A stretch of 64,000 nt of DNA, from NCBI GenBank assembly GCA_965153455.1, contig OZ234493.1, positions 7,306,213 to 7,370,212 on the forward strand, read 5' to 3'. The stretch's first letter is position 1; every line of letters begins with the position of its first letter. The translations under genes were made by a program, and so were the position numbers. Source of the stretch: Sphagnum compactum (Eukaryota). This document shows positions 39,151 through 52,400 of this stretch, piece by piece. The notes under the pieces are model-generated. The model saw only the letters and a list, made by a program, of their open reading frames with translations. It did no database searches and was not told where the DNA came from.

Positions 39151-42100
39151 AATAACAATTACAAATTACATTTCCAAAACCTCTCTCTCTATTTACCACA
39201 TTCCGCATGTATCCATCGGGACCTTGGCCGCTGAAAATCTTGATGTTTGCACTGCTTGTGATCCGTGCACTACAATATATTGTTATGTAAATATATGTTA
39301 AAAAAACCTCCCTCAAAATATGTCAAGTTTCAAAAATCTCCCTAAAAATAAAAATCATTATAGTTTTAAAAAACATGGGTTACAATGTTTAATGAGTTTT
39401 TTTTTAATAATCTATCCTCATTAGATTCATTAAAAATCATACCACATGTTTTCATAATACATTAAAAACATTGTTATGAATGCTTTTGAATGATTTGCAA
39501 CATTAACACAATTTTTGACGTTAAAACATGAAATTAGATTAATTGCCACTACTACTAAAAATATATATTGGATTTTCTAGTGAAAAAAATCACCTTGTCA
39601 ATTTGAATCCACCATTATGACTAGCATAATATGAGACTCATTGATTGGTCATTAAAATGTGTTTCCATGGTACGATGTACACACTTTGTGTCAAAATTAG
39701 AAGTACATACACTATCAAAAAAGTATCGAAAGTAGTAACACGTAAAATTTCATTGACTTTGAATTATTTTGGAAATCGCACTAAATTGATTTAGGTTTTA
39801 AAAATAAGACCAATTTTATAAACTATGAATATGAAATTAATTCATAATTGTGTCTTTATGTAAGTGTACACCAATAAATTTATAAATATTATTTAAAACA
39901 TGATAGTTAACAATATAATATCATTTTTCATTCATTTTAAATTTCTAGTTTATTTTTGTAGAATGATAAAAACAACACTCAACCCAACTACATATTTAAT
40001 GGAAGAACATTTTACAACCTTGAAATATCATAATCATCAACATTATAGTAACATAATGTACTACTGAATGTTTTTGTCATTTAATATATATAAATTATTT
40101 TATGACAAATTGGATTTTTTAATGTGGAAGATTATTCGTTATGGTAATTTCTTTATATGTGCAAAGTTTCATAAGTTCCTATTGAAACTATTATTTCTTA
40201 GTCTTTTTCTTACACTGCAATGTTTGTGACACACTGTTGCAAATTTAAAATGTACTCCAATTGACAATTGACTTGTTGATATGTGCACTAATTTCACAAC
40301 AAAATGATAATTTTGGATGTTATCCACCTTTCATTGCACATTTCCATTAAAAAAAAACCTTCCCCAAATATATATAGAAACACATAAAAAATGTTGATAT
40401 GCAATCTTTTGGTTTTATTACAACAATATTGGCAAAGATTCAATAGATGATGACTTGACAAGATCTAGAACATCAACACAATGTTTTTTCAAATTTGGTT
40501 CATCAACAAAGGATATTGCACAAAATCAAATTGAAACAAATAAACAAAAGTAAGAAAAAAAGGATAACTTCAATGCATATCACAAAGGTTATGGTAGGAA
40601 CAATAGCAACATCAACACATGAAAAAACCCCATAATATCACAATAATTGACAAGCAAAAAAATGCAAGACAAAAACCTTCACAACATTACACAAAACAAA
40701 TAGAAATACATTGTTAAAAACCAAACACAAATTAAAAACATAATGAAAGAATATTGCTTCAACAACACAAAAATGAAAAAAGAAAAAAAAACAAGAACAT
40801 TTTGTGAAAGAAGCAAAGAAAGCTTGATGATCTCAAATGATTTGTCAAAGATAGAAAGATAACCTCACAATGACATCATTGAAACACAAAAATACAACAA
40901 CATTGTTGGCACCAAAAAAAAATAAAAATTCTTATCTTTATTATCTTTAAGGTTGTTGAGGCACAAAAGACAAAGAAGAACCCAAATCAAACATACCAAC
41001 ATCAAAAAAATAAATAAAAATTGCTAAAGGATGGAATCATAAAACATAATGAAAAATATAAACAAAATATCTAACAAGAAAACATCAAACTTCACAAACA
41101 TCAATATCATTATGGTGTCATAAACACACCACAAATTACAATAAAAAAAGTAGTTACACAACACAATGCAACAGAAATGGAACAAAACTTGTGAAATGAC
41201 AACACGAAATTATGCAAACAAGTTGAAAGTTAAAAATATGATAATATTGTTGGCACAAAAGAAAATGAAAAATTTCAATCTCCCCAATTGATAGGGTTGT
41301 TATACAAAAGAAAAAGAGGAAAGGCAATCTTGGTAAAAAACAAAAATTTTATAAAAATATAATGAGAAGTCTAGTGCATATTGCAAAAAATCAAACTCAT
41401 CATGGTGTTAGTGCATGGAACATGACACATCATTGATCATAATGGCCATCGCACAATGCAATGCGAAAAAGACATCAAGACAAAATAATAAAACAAAGCG
41501 AACATTCGATGAAAGACATAATGTTTGTAGTGCCATGCATAAATAAATGAAATCATAACACAATGAAAGCAATGGGAAAAAAAAACTCTTCAAACAATGA
41601 TTAAAAATCAAAACTTGCACACAATAGTTGTTGAAAGCAAACACAAACAAATGATGAAAGCTCGAGAGCCACACACAAAAGTTGTTAAAACCAAAAGAAA
41701 TGCAAAAATAGGGCAAATTAATATATTTCTAAAGAAATAACAAGAAATATAAAAAAATTGATTCTTTACTTGGGAAAAAGGTTTAAGTTTAGACGATTCT
41801 TGTGACTTAAACTTGACCTAGCATTATTATTTTTATAAAATTCGCAGAACAACTAGATCATGGAACTACTCTTTTGCTTCAAATCATAACTTTTAAAATG
41901 AACTTCTAAAAACAAAATAATCACATTAAAGTTTTTTTGAAAAGTTAGCAAATAGTTTGAATTATAGGTAGGTGACGAATTTCAATTTTGTTGAAAACTT
42001 GATACCTTCACAATTTTCTCTAGTTTTAACTTGTTGTAAATCTTCATATTTGTATATATATTTAAAAATTAGCCTTCAAGAGTGTTAAAAGGATAGCACA

Positions 42101-42319
42101 TGTGGAATTGAACGATGTTCTTTTATTTGGGCTATGAAAAAAAAAAAATTGCCAAAACTAGAACCGGAGGTTTAAATTTTATGAAGAACTAGGATCAAAA
42201 CCTCACTCACACCCCAAGAACTTACCCAAAACTTTTTATGTCGAATTGTGAAACCCGAGACCGAAGGTTATTTCCAAGAAGGAATTAGAACCGAACGGAT
42301 ATCATCATTGGCTTATAAA

Positions 42320-43420
42320 GTAAAAACCGTCTACTTACTTACTAACCTAGTGGTCACCTAGTTTCTTACCAATTTGCCTATATAGGTATAGGGGGACCTA
42401 GTTACTACAAAATGGGGTTACCAAGGTGAAACCAGATATTAACTCAAGTTGAAGGTTCAACCACAACTGGGTCATAACTCATAACAAGCATCCAGTGGAT
42501 AGTTGTGCTGGTTGGTGCTAGTTCAATGGGGGGGGGGGGGGGGGGGGGCTGGTCGGCAGGTTGGTGATTTACATGCTATAATAGTAGGCCCATTCCACCA
42601 AATAATGTAGCAAGTGCAGGGTGGCAAGTTGTTGTGATGATGGTGGGTTTGTTCTACCAGGGGGGTTTTGAGTTGTATTCCAGAGCATAATTGGCTTTCC
42701 CTACCCATTGATTCACATCTCAAGTAGCTATTTGTGGTGTTGTTGTTCTTGAGCACCACCACATTCACATTTTGCAAGAAAACAAAACCCTAAACCCTAA
42801 ACCCTAAATTGGCTTTCCCTACCCATTGATTCACATCTCAAGTAGCTATTGTGGTGTTGTTGTTGTTGAGCACCACCACAACATTCACATTTTGCAAGAA
42901 AACAAAACCCTAAACCCTAAACCCTAAAGTGCCTGCAACTGGACATCCAAAGGCGCTTTCCAACAAAAGATAGGACAGGGGGCAAGCAGCCAGTGAAGTG
43001 AGGGCTTTGGGTGAATCAGCACCCACACTGGTACCATGGTTCACAAACCCATATACTTGAAACTTGATATTTTTGGGGGTTGGTTTCTAACCATGGTAAA
43101 ATTAGATCTGGTCTACACAACACTATAATCAAGGTCTCTGAGTCCAAATTTAACATTTCTTGGGGTGAAGTATGGCCAGTAAGTAAGTAGTACAAGACAT
43201 CACCCCAGAACATGAAATCACCCACCAATGCACCATCCACTGGATGCCCCGGTATTACTCAGTTGTTGGATGAACTTCAACCGAGTTAATAATTTGGTTT
43301 CACCTTGGTATCCAATTCTGTAAGAGGTAGGTCTCATAAGTAGGTAGATAGCTAGGAAAATAGGTAACTTTTAGGGTTATTAGTCGGCTAATTACATAGG
43401 TAAGGACTGGTTTTTACTAC
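42320..43420. repeat. Two inverted copies of a ~200 bp repeat (42320-42520 and 43220-43420)
   Basis: ACCAAGGTGAAACCAGATATTAACTC..GCATCCAGTGGAT versus ATCCACTGGATGC..GAGTTAATAATTTGGTTTCACCTTGGT. Confidence 0.8.
42689..42928. repeat. ~119 bp tandem duplication, each unit ending in (CCCTAAA)3
   Basis: AATTGGCTTTCCCTACCC..GCAAGAAAACAAAACCCTAAACCCTAAACCCTAAA x2. Confidence 0.95.
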
Positions 43421-45246
43421 CTACCTACTAACAACCCACTACTAGCAGGTTGTTAGTAGTTAGGTAGACCGAAAAAAAAAGCCAATTGAGCTAACCACCA
43501 TGGTTAGCTAGAGAACAGAAACCCAACAGAAATCGTTTCCTGATCACTTACCATTCATCCTTCCCTAGGGCTTTACCTAGACTATCCTTGCCCTAGGGCT
43601 TTATCTAACACTTTAATGCAGGGCAGTACAAAATGTACTGCCTGCTTCTTTTTCCTTGTCCATGTACTGTCCATGTTATGCATGTTTTGGGCCTGCAATG
43701 GACACTAGGTGAGAAAATAGTAAACCAGACCAAAGAACATAAATGTAAAGAACGGTACTGCCACCATAGCATGACATAAGCCAAACGGACCTTCCCCCAA
43801 CCCCGTGATCCTTGTTTGCATCATTGTGACACCTGCACATTACCGAGTATGTTTGTCTCATGTAACATGTGATGTCCTGCCATGGCATCCACGGGATGAA
43901 GATTGCGGACCAATGCACATCTCGTCGTCTCATGGGATGGGCCATTTCGGCATGCCACCATGAACCCATGTAACATGCAACTGTTCCAAATCTCCTCATG
44001 CCAATTAAGACAATCGGGAAATCCATCGCCTATTGATCCTAAACCCTAACGCAATGTAACAGTTGTCACCTATGTATTATCTCCATCACCATACAAGCTT
44101 CAAGCAATGATAAGTTGGTTTATTGCACACAATTGTCTTCGGAGAATGCTAGTCATATCACATTAGGTTTTTCAAAGCAATGTTCAAATTATTGCAATCT
44201 CTTTCGACAAAAGTAGTTGAGCTCTTACAAGACTTGCAAGATGTTCAAGCTCAAGATTATTGGATATGGATGATGATTGTGAAATTTTTGTGGAAGTGTG
44301 TTCTTATATCGGACAAAGTGTTGCTAGGGCGCTCATGGATGGCACAAAATTATACATTGAAAAAACCTTGTCCAATGGCTAAATGTTGGTAGAGAAACTC
44401 ACTTTCATTTGAGCAATTGCAAATAAAAGTGAATGCAAGTTTAATTTAGATCATGTTGTCTTACTCCATTCTACAATTTTTTTTTTCAGATTATCCTTGA
44501 ATGTGCACATGTGAGGATTGGGTATCTCTATGACAATGGATGTTAATAGTGTTACATTTTTTTGTAACATGTTGGAAACTTTGCTTATGAGGTGAACAAC
44601 TCGGGAAGAAGGAATTTGTAGTTGTGAGAAGGGTTTAGGGTCATTATGTTATTTAAAGACACTATATTTTCCTTTTCATTCAACACATATGATAAGTTTA
44701 TGTTTGTTTAGGTCTACAAAAGATAAGCTCCCATGTTGTGGAATGTTTAGGAACAATGGTAAATAATTACTTCACTCAATGTGTGCTACAATTCAAAGTA
44801 CTTGCACAATGTTTGGATCCATGTTATAAAATTCATAATTTGTTGATGCAATGTGGAATGGGAACTTAATTAAGAAATGGGGTTTAAGGTAAATTTTGAT
44901 TACATATGCATTTCAATATTGAAAATGATAATTGAATTGATTGTGTGATTATTTTTAATTCCCACAAATAAATGACAAAGATTAAACTATATGGCATGAT
45001 GAACAAAGTTATAAATTTTTCAAAGGGTTTCATCATATGGATTTACATGGGTGTTGTTAAGGTGTCAAGTTTTCCAATGACTGAAAATAACATTGTCGAT
45101 GAACCTAGGAACACAATTTGTTTGTAGAAGGTGAAAACAACCTAATTAATAAGGTTGAATTTGCTATTACATGACTCTGGGGTATGGGAAAAGCGTGGAG
45201 TAATTTGTAACTCCAAAGATTTACAATGAGCTCAAAGTGGAATTTG

Positions 45247-45530
45247 TAGCAATAAACGTAACAACTATGCATCACAGACTTGCCCCCTCCATGTATATGT
45301 GTTTTTACAACAATTTAACAATGTGTTCAAGGTTAAGTGTTAACGAAGTGTTGATATAATCATTGATATGAAAATGTGATGGCATTGTAACACATTGTGA
45401 TGATTCATCATTGTATTATAATATCTTTACAACATCATATCAATGATCAATTAACACTTCACTAACATTTAACATATATATATACATGGAAAGGGAAAAT
45501 TTATGATGTAAGTTCTTAAATTTATAGCTA
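45247..45530. mobile_element. Foldback MITE-like element
   Basis: Nested inverted arms: TAGCAATAAA/TTTATAGCTA, CCCCCTCCATGTATAT/ATATACATGGAAAGGG, and TTAAGTGTTAACGAAGTGTT..ATCATTGATATGA/TCATATCAATGAT..AACACTTCACTAACATTTAA. Confidence 0.75.
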
Positions 45531-48500
45531 GTTATTCAAGTTTTTAAAATCATAGTAGGTTTTTTGTTATGTCAAGTTTTTTTTATTAGGATTTTACTAA
45601 GGTAATTACATCAAATGTCTAATTAACTAACAAGAGGCACTTGATGGTGAATGAAAAGGTGTATTGTTCTATATAGATATAGAAGCAAAGCATGAGGTTG
45701 CCATGAATTGGCACCCACTTTTTCATCCTCCTTTTTTGAAATGTGCATCCTTTCTTTTTCTTGTTGTCACACATGTTGTGTCACTATGATTGGAAGAAGG
45801 ATATTATCGATGGATTCAAATTTAGATTGGCACAATATAAGAAATTTGAAAGCAATAAATGGGATAATTAAGTTAAGGACATGTTTATGTCTTCATATGG
45901 GAGTTAGTCCTTCACAAAAGCAATAAAACAATATCATTTACATGTTTCAAGTTTTTGTGTACTAATTCTCAAATGCAATGACAAATAACTTTAACTCATC
46001 ATTTGTTGTATGTTGGGTTTAGATTTTAAATCAATGCAACAACATTGTTTAAAATTACACCACTTTTGTGTAGAACATGTCTATAATTGAGCTATTGTGG
46101 ATGAAAAGTTCAATACATTGATTAAATACCTTAAGCACAAACTTTTTGTGAAGGTAGTTGTGGGCCTAAAAACAACCTCAAAGAAAAATAAGGCCCTAAA
46201 AATTCAAGCAAATGACAAGTTTCGAAGCTTCCATCGCTCCTTGCATGGAATGGGTTGTTTGGGGATGGCATCCTTTGTACCACAAAGTGGTGTTAGAAAC
46301 CAAGGATGGAAACTTCAAGTAACATGCCCATTACAAATCATTTGTAATTTTAATTTCATTTTGAAAAATGTTACTAACATGGCAATATTTGTCTTCTAAC
46401 TTGTCACATATTTTGAAATATTTTTTGATCTACAACATTTTTTTTTTCATTTTGAAAGAACACATGCATGTTACCATGTTGCAAGAGATTGCAAGAGATG
46501 TAATCACCTTTTTTTGACTTATGCAAACTAATCATTTTCAATATTTAGGGACTTGTTTGCAAAAAGTGGCTTATTTTTTTTCTATGCTTGAACTTGGAAC
46601 CTATGTGTAAGAAATTGTTTTCTCATTATTATTCTAGTTCTCAATTTATTTTACCACTTCCAAATGAGGTACAAAACCAGGATGAAAGAATGAAAATGAA
46701 TGCATTGATTGATAATTGGTGTTCACATTGTATAACTTGATGCATAGGAAATTCGAACAAGCTAGAACCTTATGCATTGTGTATGTAAATGTTTTTTAGT
46801 TTGTTGTTCAATTCACTAGTTCCCAAGGAGGGAAGAAATGCAATATAATACACTCAAGTTGCACTTCTTTTAAAGTTAACTTATAACCTCTTTGGTTAAT
46901 ATTTTTGAGATGATAAATGATCTTACATACTTAGCAATGAAATTGATTTAAAGAAACTAGAAATGAATATGACAACATCCTATTAGCAACATCACTCACC
47001 TTCACATGCTCGTCATTGTTGGACTTTCAAGAGAAACTTGGGTGATGGAACTATTCCTATTCAAAATTATTGTCGAGAAAAAGAAAGGCATAGGGAAAGA
47101 GGGAGGGAGAGAAAGGGGGTGTTCAATAATTGTTTTCTTGATCCTTTTCTTTACAAGACACTAACTCCTTTTTTTTTCCTTGGTCTTTAACTTTCTAGCA
47201 TGTAAAAACTACATAAACACCCACCCAATAGAAAATGCAATAAACATCACAAAAAACACTCATTTTATAATCAAAATCCCTCACCCATATCCTAAAGATT
47301 AAAACAAATTGCTTATGTTCTAGGATATTGCCATAGCTACCTAGATGGCAATAAAATTTAGTCATGATCATGTAGTGATATACAAATGTTTGATACATTG
47401 GAGGTAAGATGCAAAGTTACCTAATGGGTTTCCTTGTAAGGGAAACTGTTTTCACCTTTTCCCCATCCATTCTAATTTTGGGGGGATTTTGAACAAAGTA
47501 AAAGTCCTTGCTATAAGCACCTACCATCAAAACCTAACGATCATTTTATGCTTAGGCTTTCCAATTTGCATTTTACATTTATTTGGGGTCTTGTGCCTTA
47601 TAAGTCCCATGAAAACTTTATATATATATAAATTTTTCAATTTCCTAATGGAACCAAGGTGGCGAACATCTTAAAGAAAATTTCAACTTAATTGAAGACA
47701 TTATTTGAAGAACTTTTAAAATTTGTAACCAAAAAACATAAATGTGATGAAACAATTCTCAAATGATTTAAAATGATTAACCCTTTGTAATGGTAGTTGT
47801 CATTTTTTTAAAGTAGAAATATGATGAATTATGGTAAAAAATGCATTGATGTAAAACATTGTTTTAGGTGTAAAGACATGTGGTTGCCTTCTGATCTATG
47901 CACCCATAATCACTTCATGGTCTGTCAATGTTTAAATAATGTTCATTCCATGTTTTCCAATGGGTTAGTTCCCACAAGTGAAGGCATTCCCAAAATGTGA
48001 GTATAGATGACAAGTAATCATCAAGCAAAAGGCAGGTTGCGGGAACCATTACATTTTGTGAAACTTTTCAAAAGTTGTTAAATACTTATCATGTGATAAG
48101 GCCAAATCTTTTGCTAGTACTTTACGTGTAGGGTAAACCCTAAGGGATGGGTCTTTATGGGAATGAGGAGCCCATGAGGTGGTGTTGAATGTGGGCTTGA
48201 ATTTTGTAAAGACCTACTCAAAGAGATTTACATGACATAAAAACCTATGTAAAAAAAAAATTCAAATTTTTTGTGATACCTAGCAAGTGCCCATCATGTA
48301 TCACAAGAAACAAATTAAAAATGATAACAAGTTTTAGAAAAAAATGAAACATTTACATGTACAAGCATTTCATTTTTCATAAAACCCACAATTGTTGGAT
48401 GATTTATTACATTCTATAAGCATGCCATTAAAAAAATTGTCACATTTTTCTACATCTAAGGTTAATAAATAATTGTCACATGTTTTTTCATCTAAGGTAA

Positions 48501-48997
48501 AATTGTCTCCATCCATAATAGCAAGAATTCTTGTACCCACAATTTTGGATGAAATATAGTAATCAAGTTGTGTGAAATTGTGATTTTGACATTAACTTTG
48601 TATAGGGTATTGGCATGTAACCTAGGAAGGGTCCAGACCTACGAGGTTTAAATTTCAATCAAATCCTTACTAACACAAATAAATTACACAAACCAAATCA
48701 CACAACACCTGTACATTCTACAAAACATTCAAAATACAAGAGATGAAACATACATGTTTTTAGGGTAGGATGACACACATGTTTAAAGTTTGGTCCTTAT
48801 ATTGAGTCTTTTTTTATTTATTTAGGTTAAAATTTTACTAAAGGTGCAATATAAATTAGGAAATTTATATTGAAAAAATTAATTCAATTTTTAAAAAAAT
48901 GTTGTACAAGAATTTAATTGGAGGAAGGGGGTATTTAGAATTTTTTTTTTCAAATAATTTGTTATTGAATTGGGAGTTGCAAAGACCAAAACACCAA

Positions 48998-49400
48998 TAT
49001 CCATCCATCTAGTCTTTTGCTTTGTTTTGTGTGTTTTGTTTTATTTTATCAAATTGAAATTTCCCAAACCATGTTGCCCCTAGTCACACTCTTGGTACTA
49101 TTGGAAAGCTTTCAATTAATAGGGGTGCAACCAAATTGTTTTGTAATGTTTAGACCGACAGTTTAAAAGTTATTAAAATTTGAAAATTTTCAATGAAAAT
49201 TCAATAAAATGAAAAATTATAGTGAGAATTGGGTCCCTACTTTTGGTACTTATGGAAAACCTTTTATAAGTAAGGTTGCTTGGAGGTGATTTCATATTTT
49301 TTAGACCCAAGTTGCATTCAATATTGAATTTTGAGCAAATGTTGGCATTATAAACAAATTAAAATTTAATAACATTTAAAATTTGGACTTTCAGTTTGAT
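48998..49400 (+). mobile_element. Third, older copy of the 33083/33775 Helitron family
   Basis: TTTGTTTT..TCCCAAACCA..CTCTTGGTAC..GGAAAGC..TGTTTAGACC..GGAGGTGATTT..TTTAGACC follows the same order as in 33083-33557. Confidence 0.6.
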
Positions 49401-52400
49401 AAGGTGTACCATTTTGCCCTTTCAAAATTCATCAATGGGACCATATGTGTTCAACAACACATACCACACTAATATTCACTATTTACGTATAGGGTTGAAC
49501 ATATATGAAGCCAAATTGAACCAGCCCCTACATTGGTGTGTTGGGCGAGTCTCCAACCCTCACTTGATTTTCAAACAAGTTCTCAATTTGATTCTCGAAA
49601 TGAAAATTGGTTGAAATTTGTACATGTGAAAATCAAATAGAAAATTGAATCCAAGTTCTCATATGCACAAAAACCAATCATGAAAACCACCTCCAATGTT
49701 TTTTTAAAAAACATTTGGAGAATTGGACAAATACTCTCCTAAAACCTAAATCCAATTCTCAAGGTAGGGATACACCTAAGTTTCCTAAATAGGAGGCAAC
49801 ATAAACAAGCAAGGCCTAGCAAGCAACACAAGTAAAGTATCATTCATGAAAGCCATTGTGCCCCTACCTCATTACTACAACATTTTTCTTCATTAAATTC
49901 TCATGCTCCCCCCTTCCCTTACCCCCCACCTAGGTTCACACTATTGATCGTTCATAATTCTTAACAACCATCTCCCCTCCGCAACAAAACAAACAACCTA
50001 CACAACTCACTAATGAGACTTCCCCCACCCCCACACACACAACTCTCTTTCAATCTAGTTGGGAATTTTAATTTAGAAAGGAAAGCAAATTAAAAAAAAG
50101 TTTTAGAAATAAAAATTCCCTTCCTTTCTTACTTCCTTGCAATCTACATTAAATAACCAGATTGGGATAACTAATATGTCTGAGAATCGAATAAAATGAA
50201 AAAAAAATAAAAAATTGATAACCAATCTGGTTCTCATTAACTGTAAAAACAATTATTTTCAAGAATCAATCCATATTTCATAGCATCTACTTGGTCTTGT
50301 TTGAACTTCAAAATTCCACAAACATGGTAACTTGCCCTTCCCACAATACAATATAACTTTTGCATCTAGTACCTATAATAGACGTTCAACAACAACATGA
50401 TCATAAACCAATGTTGTGGAATAAAATAATTGGTAAAAGGTTAGTTGCAGTGGTGAACTTGTACTATGTTTTGACCTTTATGTAATTTGTTCCTTTATTC
50501 ATGGCCCATAGAAGCCAACATTGTATACAATTGTCACATGTGCCTTGGGCTCCACATCTCTTTTATCCGTTGTTTTGCAACAAGAAGTCCACACTTTCCA
50601 AGAACAAAATAAAAGAGACCAATTCAATATACATGGAACAACCAATCCCTCTAACATAGGAAGTGCAACATTGGTGATCATGTCACATATATACAAAACG
50701 AAATATTGCAGCTATGCATAACCTTGTGCAATACCAACTTCACAACCCTTCATCCCTTAATATGTTTTGTGCACATCTAAGAAATTTCTACCCATGTGAC
50801 TTGTGAAACACAATAATATCAATTCAAGCAAAAGATAGGCCAAACATTGTCCATTTTTTTAGCACCCACTCTCCATGAAACCTATGGACATTGGAGGTTA
50901 TGCTTAGGAAAATAATCACATATGATTGTCCAACACCAGTGAACGCTAATCTATACACCTTTGTATTTCTTCGAATTTCACCTACTTTTAGAAAACCCGA
51001 TGACTTTTAATTTCCAATCAAGAGCGCCAAATCTTCAATTGATGTAATGTCCAACCCAACACTACAAAGTTGAGTGATCCTAGCTATAATGCATCATCAA
51101 CACATATAAATAATCTACAAATCATGTGTCAAATCTTGTTCCATTGCAATCCATGGCAATGATCCAACAAATCCTCACATTGCAATAATCTAAAATGTTT
51201 TTGTCCTAATGATTAAATTAACAATTGATTAAAAATCCAACCATATGATGTGAAAATTCTTATATTCTTTTTGTTATTTCCCATAACAAACATAAAAACC
51301 CTTCAAGACTTAAACACAAAAAGAAAATGGCACACCCATTTGTGATCACGTTGCTACTTTTGTTGCCTTTAAGAAACATGTGTCAAAGGTCAACCACAAA
51401 TATTATATGAACAAGGTAGCTAAAAAGGAAATTTATAGAAGCCATCAAGGGAAGGTCAAGATTGCCCAAGAATTGACACATTCTATGAAAGATAATGAAA
51501 AGGCCACAACAACCATGAAAAGGTCCCAAAAAAAGATACTAACAAGAACCTCATACAAAGGTTACAAAATAAACATTTATATTTACATAGGTTAGCATTC
51601 ATGTATAAATATATATGTACAAATGCATAAACAAAAATAAAATCTTCCTATGTACATTCAAAAGCCATATGTCATTCATGTACTATTCCCAAATGTCCTT
51701 CCCATTTTTAGTCTCTTGGAAAACTTTTGTTATTGCTACCAACTTCACTACAATGATCTAAAGGGAAAATCCATGGTCCATCTTGGAAGGATTTTCCCAA
51801 TGACTAAAAAAAAAATTCACAACCACAAAATCCCCTTTGCAAATGATCCCACTGTCAATCTCATTATTATGCTTATCAATGACAATTACAAAATTGAATT
51901 CATTTTATAACCTTTGGCATTTGGTTAGATCTAGATTTCGATATGAAGCTTTCAACAACTTCTTGGTGAAACTAAGGCCTATTCCATGTCACATCCATTT
52001 GTAATATGGTTTAGAATATTTCCACGTGTCACTGAGTGTTTGCAGTATGTGAATGCACTCATCTCCAAATGCGTTTTCTGCTATTAGTACTATGAATTTT
52101 GCCTTCTCTTTTGTCTCAGAGTATGGTGTTTGATTTAAATTTCCCATTTTGCCAAGATATGGCAATTTTTTGACCCCAACAAATAAACCCACCAAGTCAT
52201 TTTTCGTCTCATTATCCACAAGCATGCTATGAAAACCACTATTGAATGGCATTTTTTTCCACTCATAGTTTGTAAGATTTGTCATGTGCAAGTTGTTTTC
52301 TTTGAAATGATTCATACATCACATCCATGACAAAGTACATTTAGAAGCAAAAAATGATTTAGTGAAAATTGAAAATCAACAAATTGTTTAGAGATTATAT

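Noticed and set aside
43700-47200. Possible Mutator-like or other coding relic
   Set aside because: Fragmentary ORFs without diagnostic motifs.
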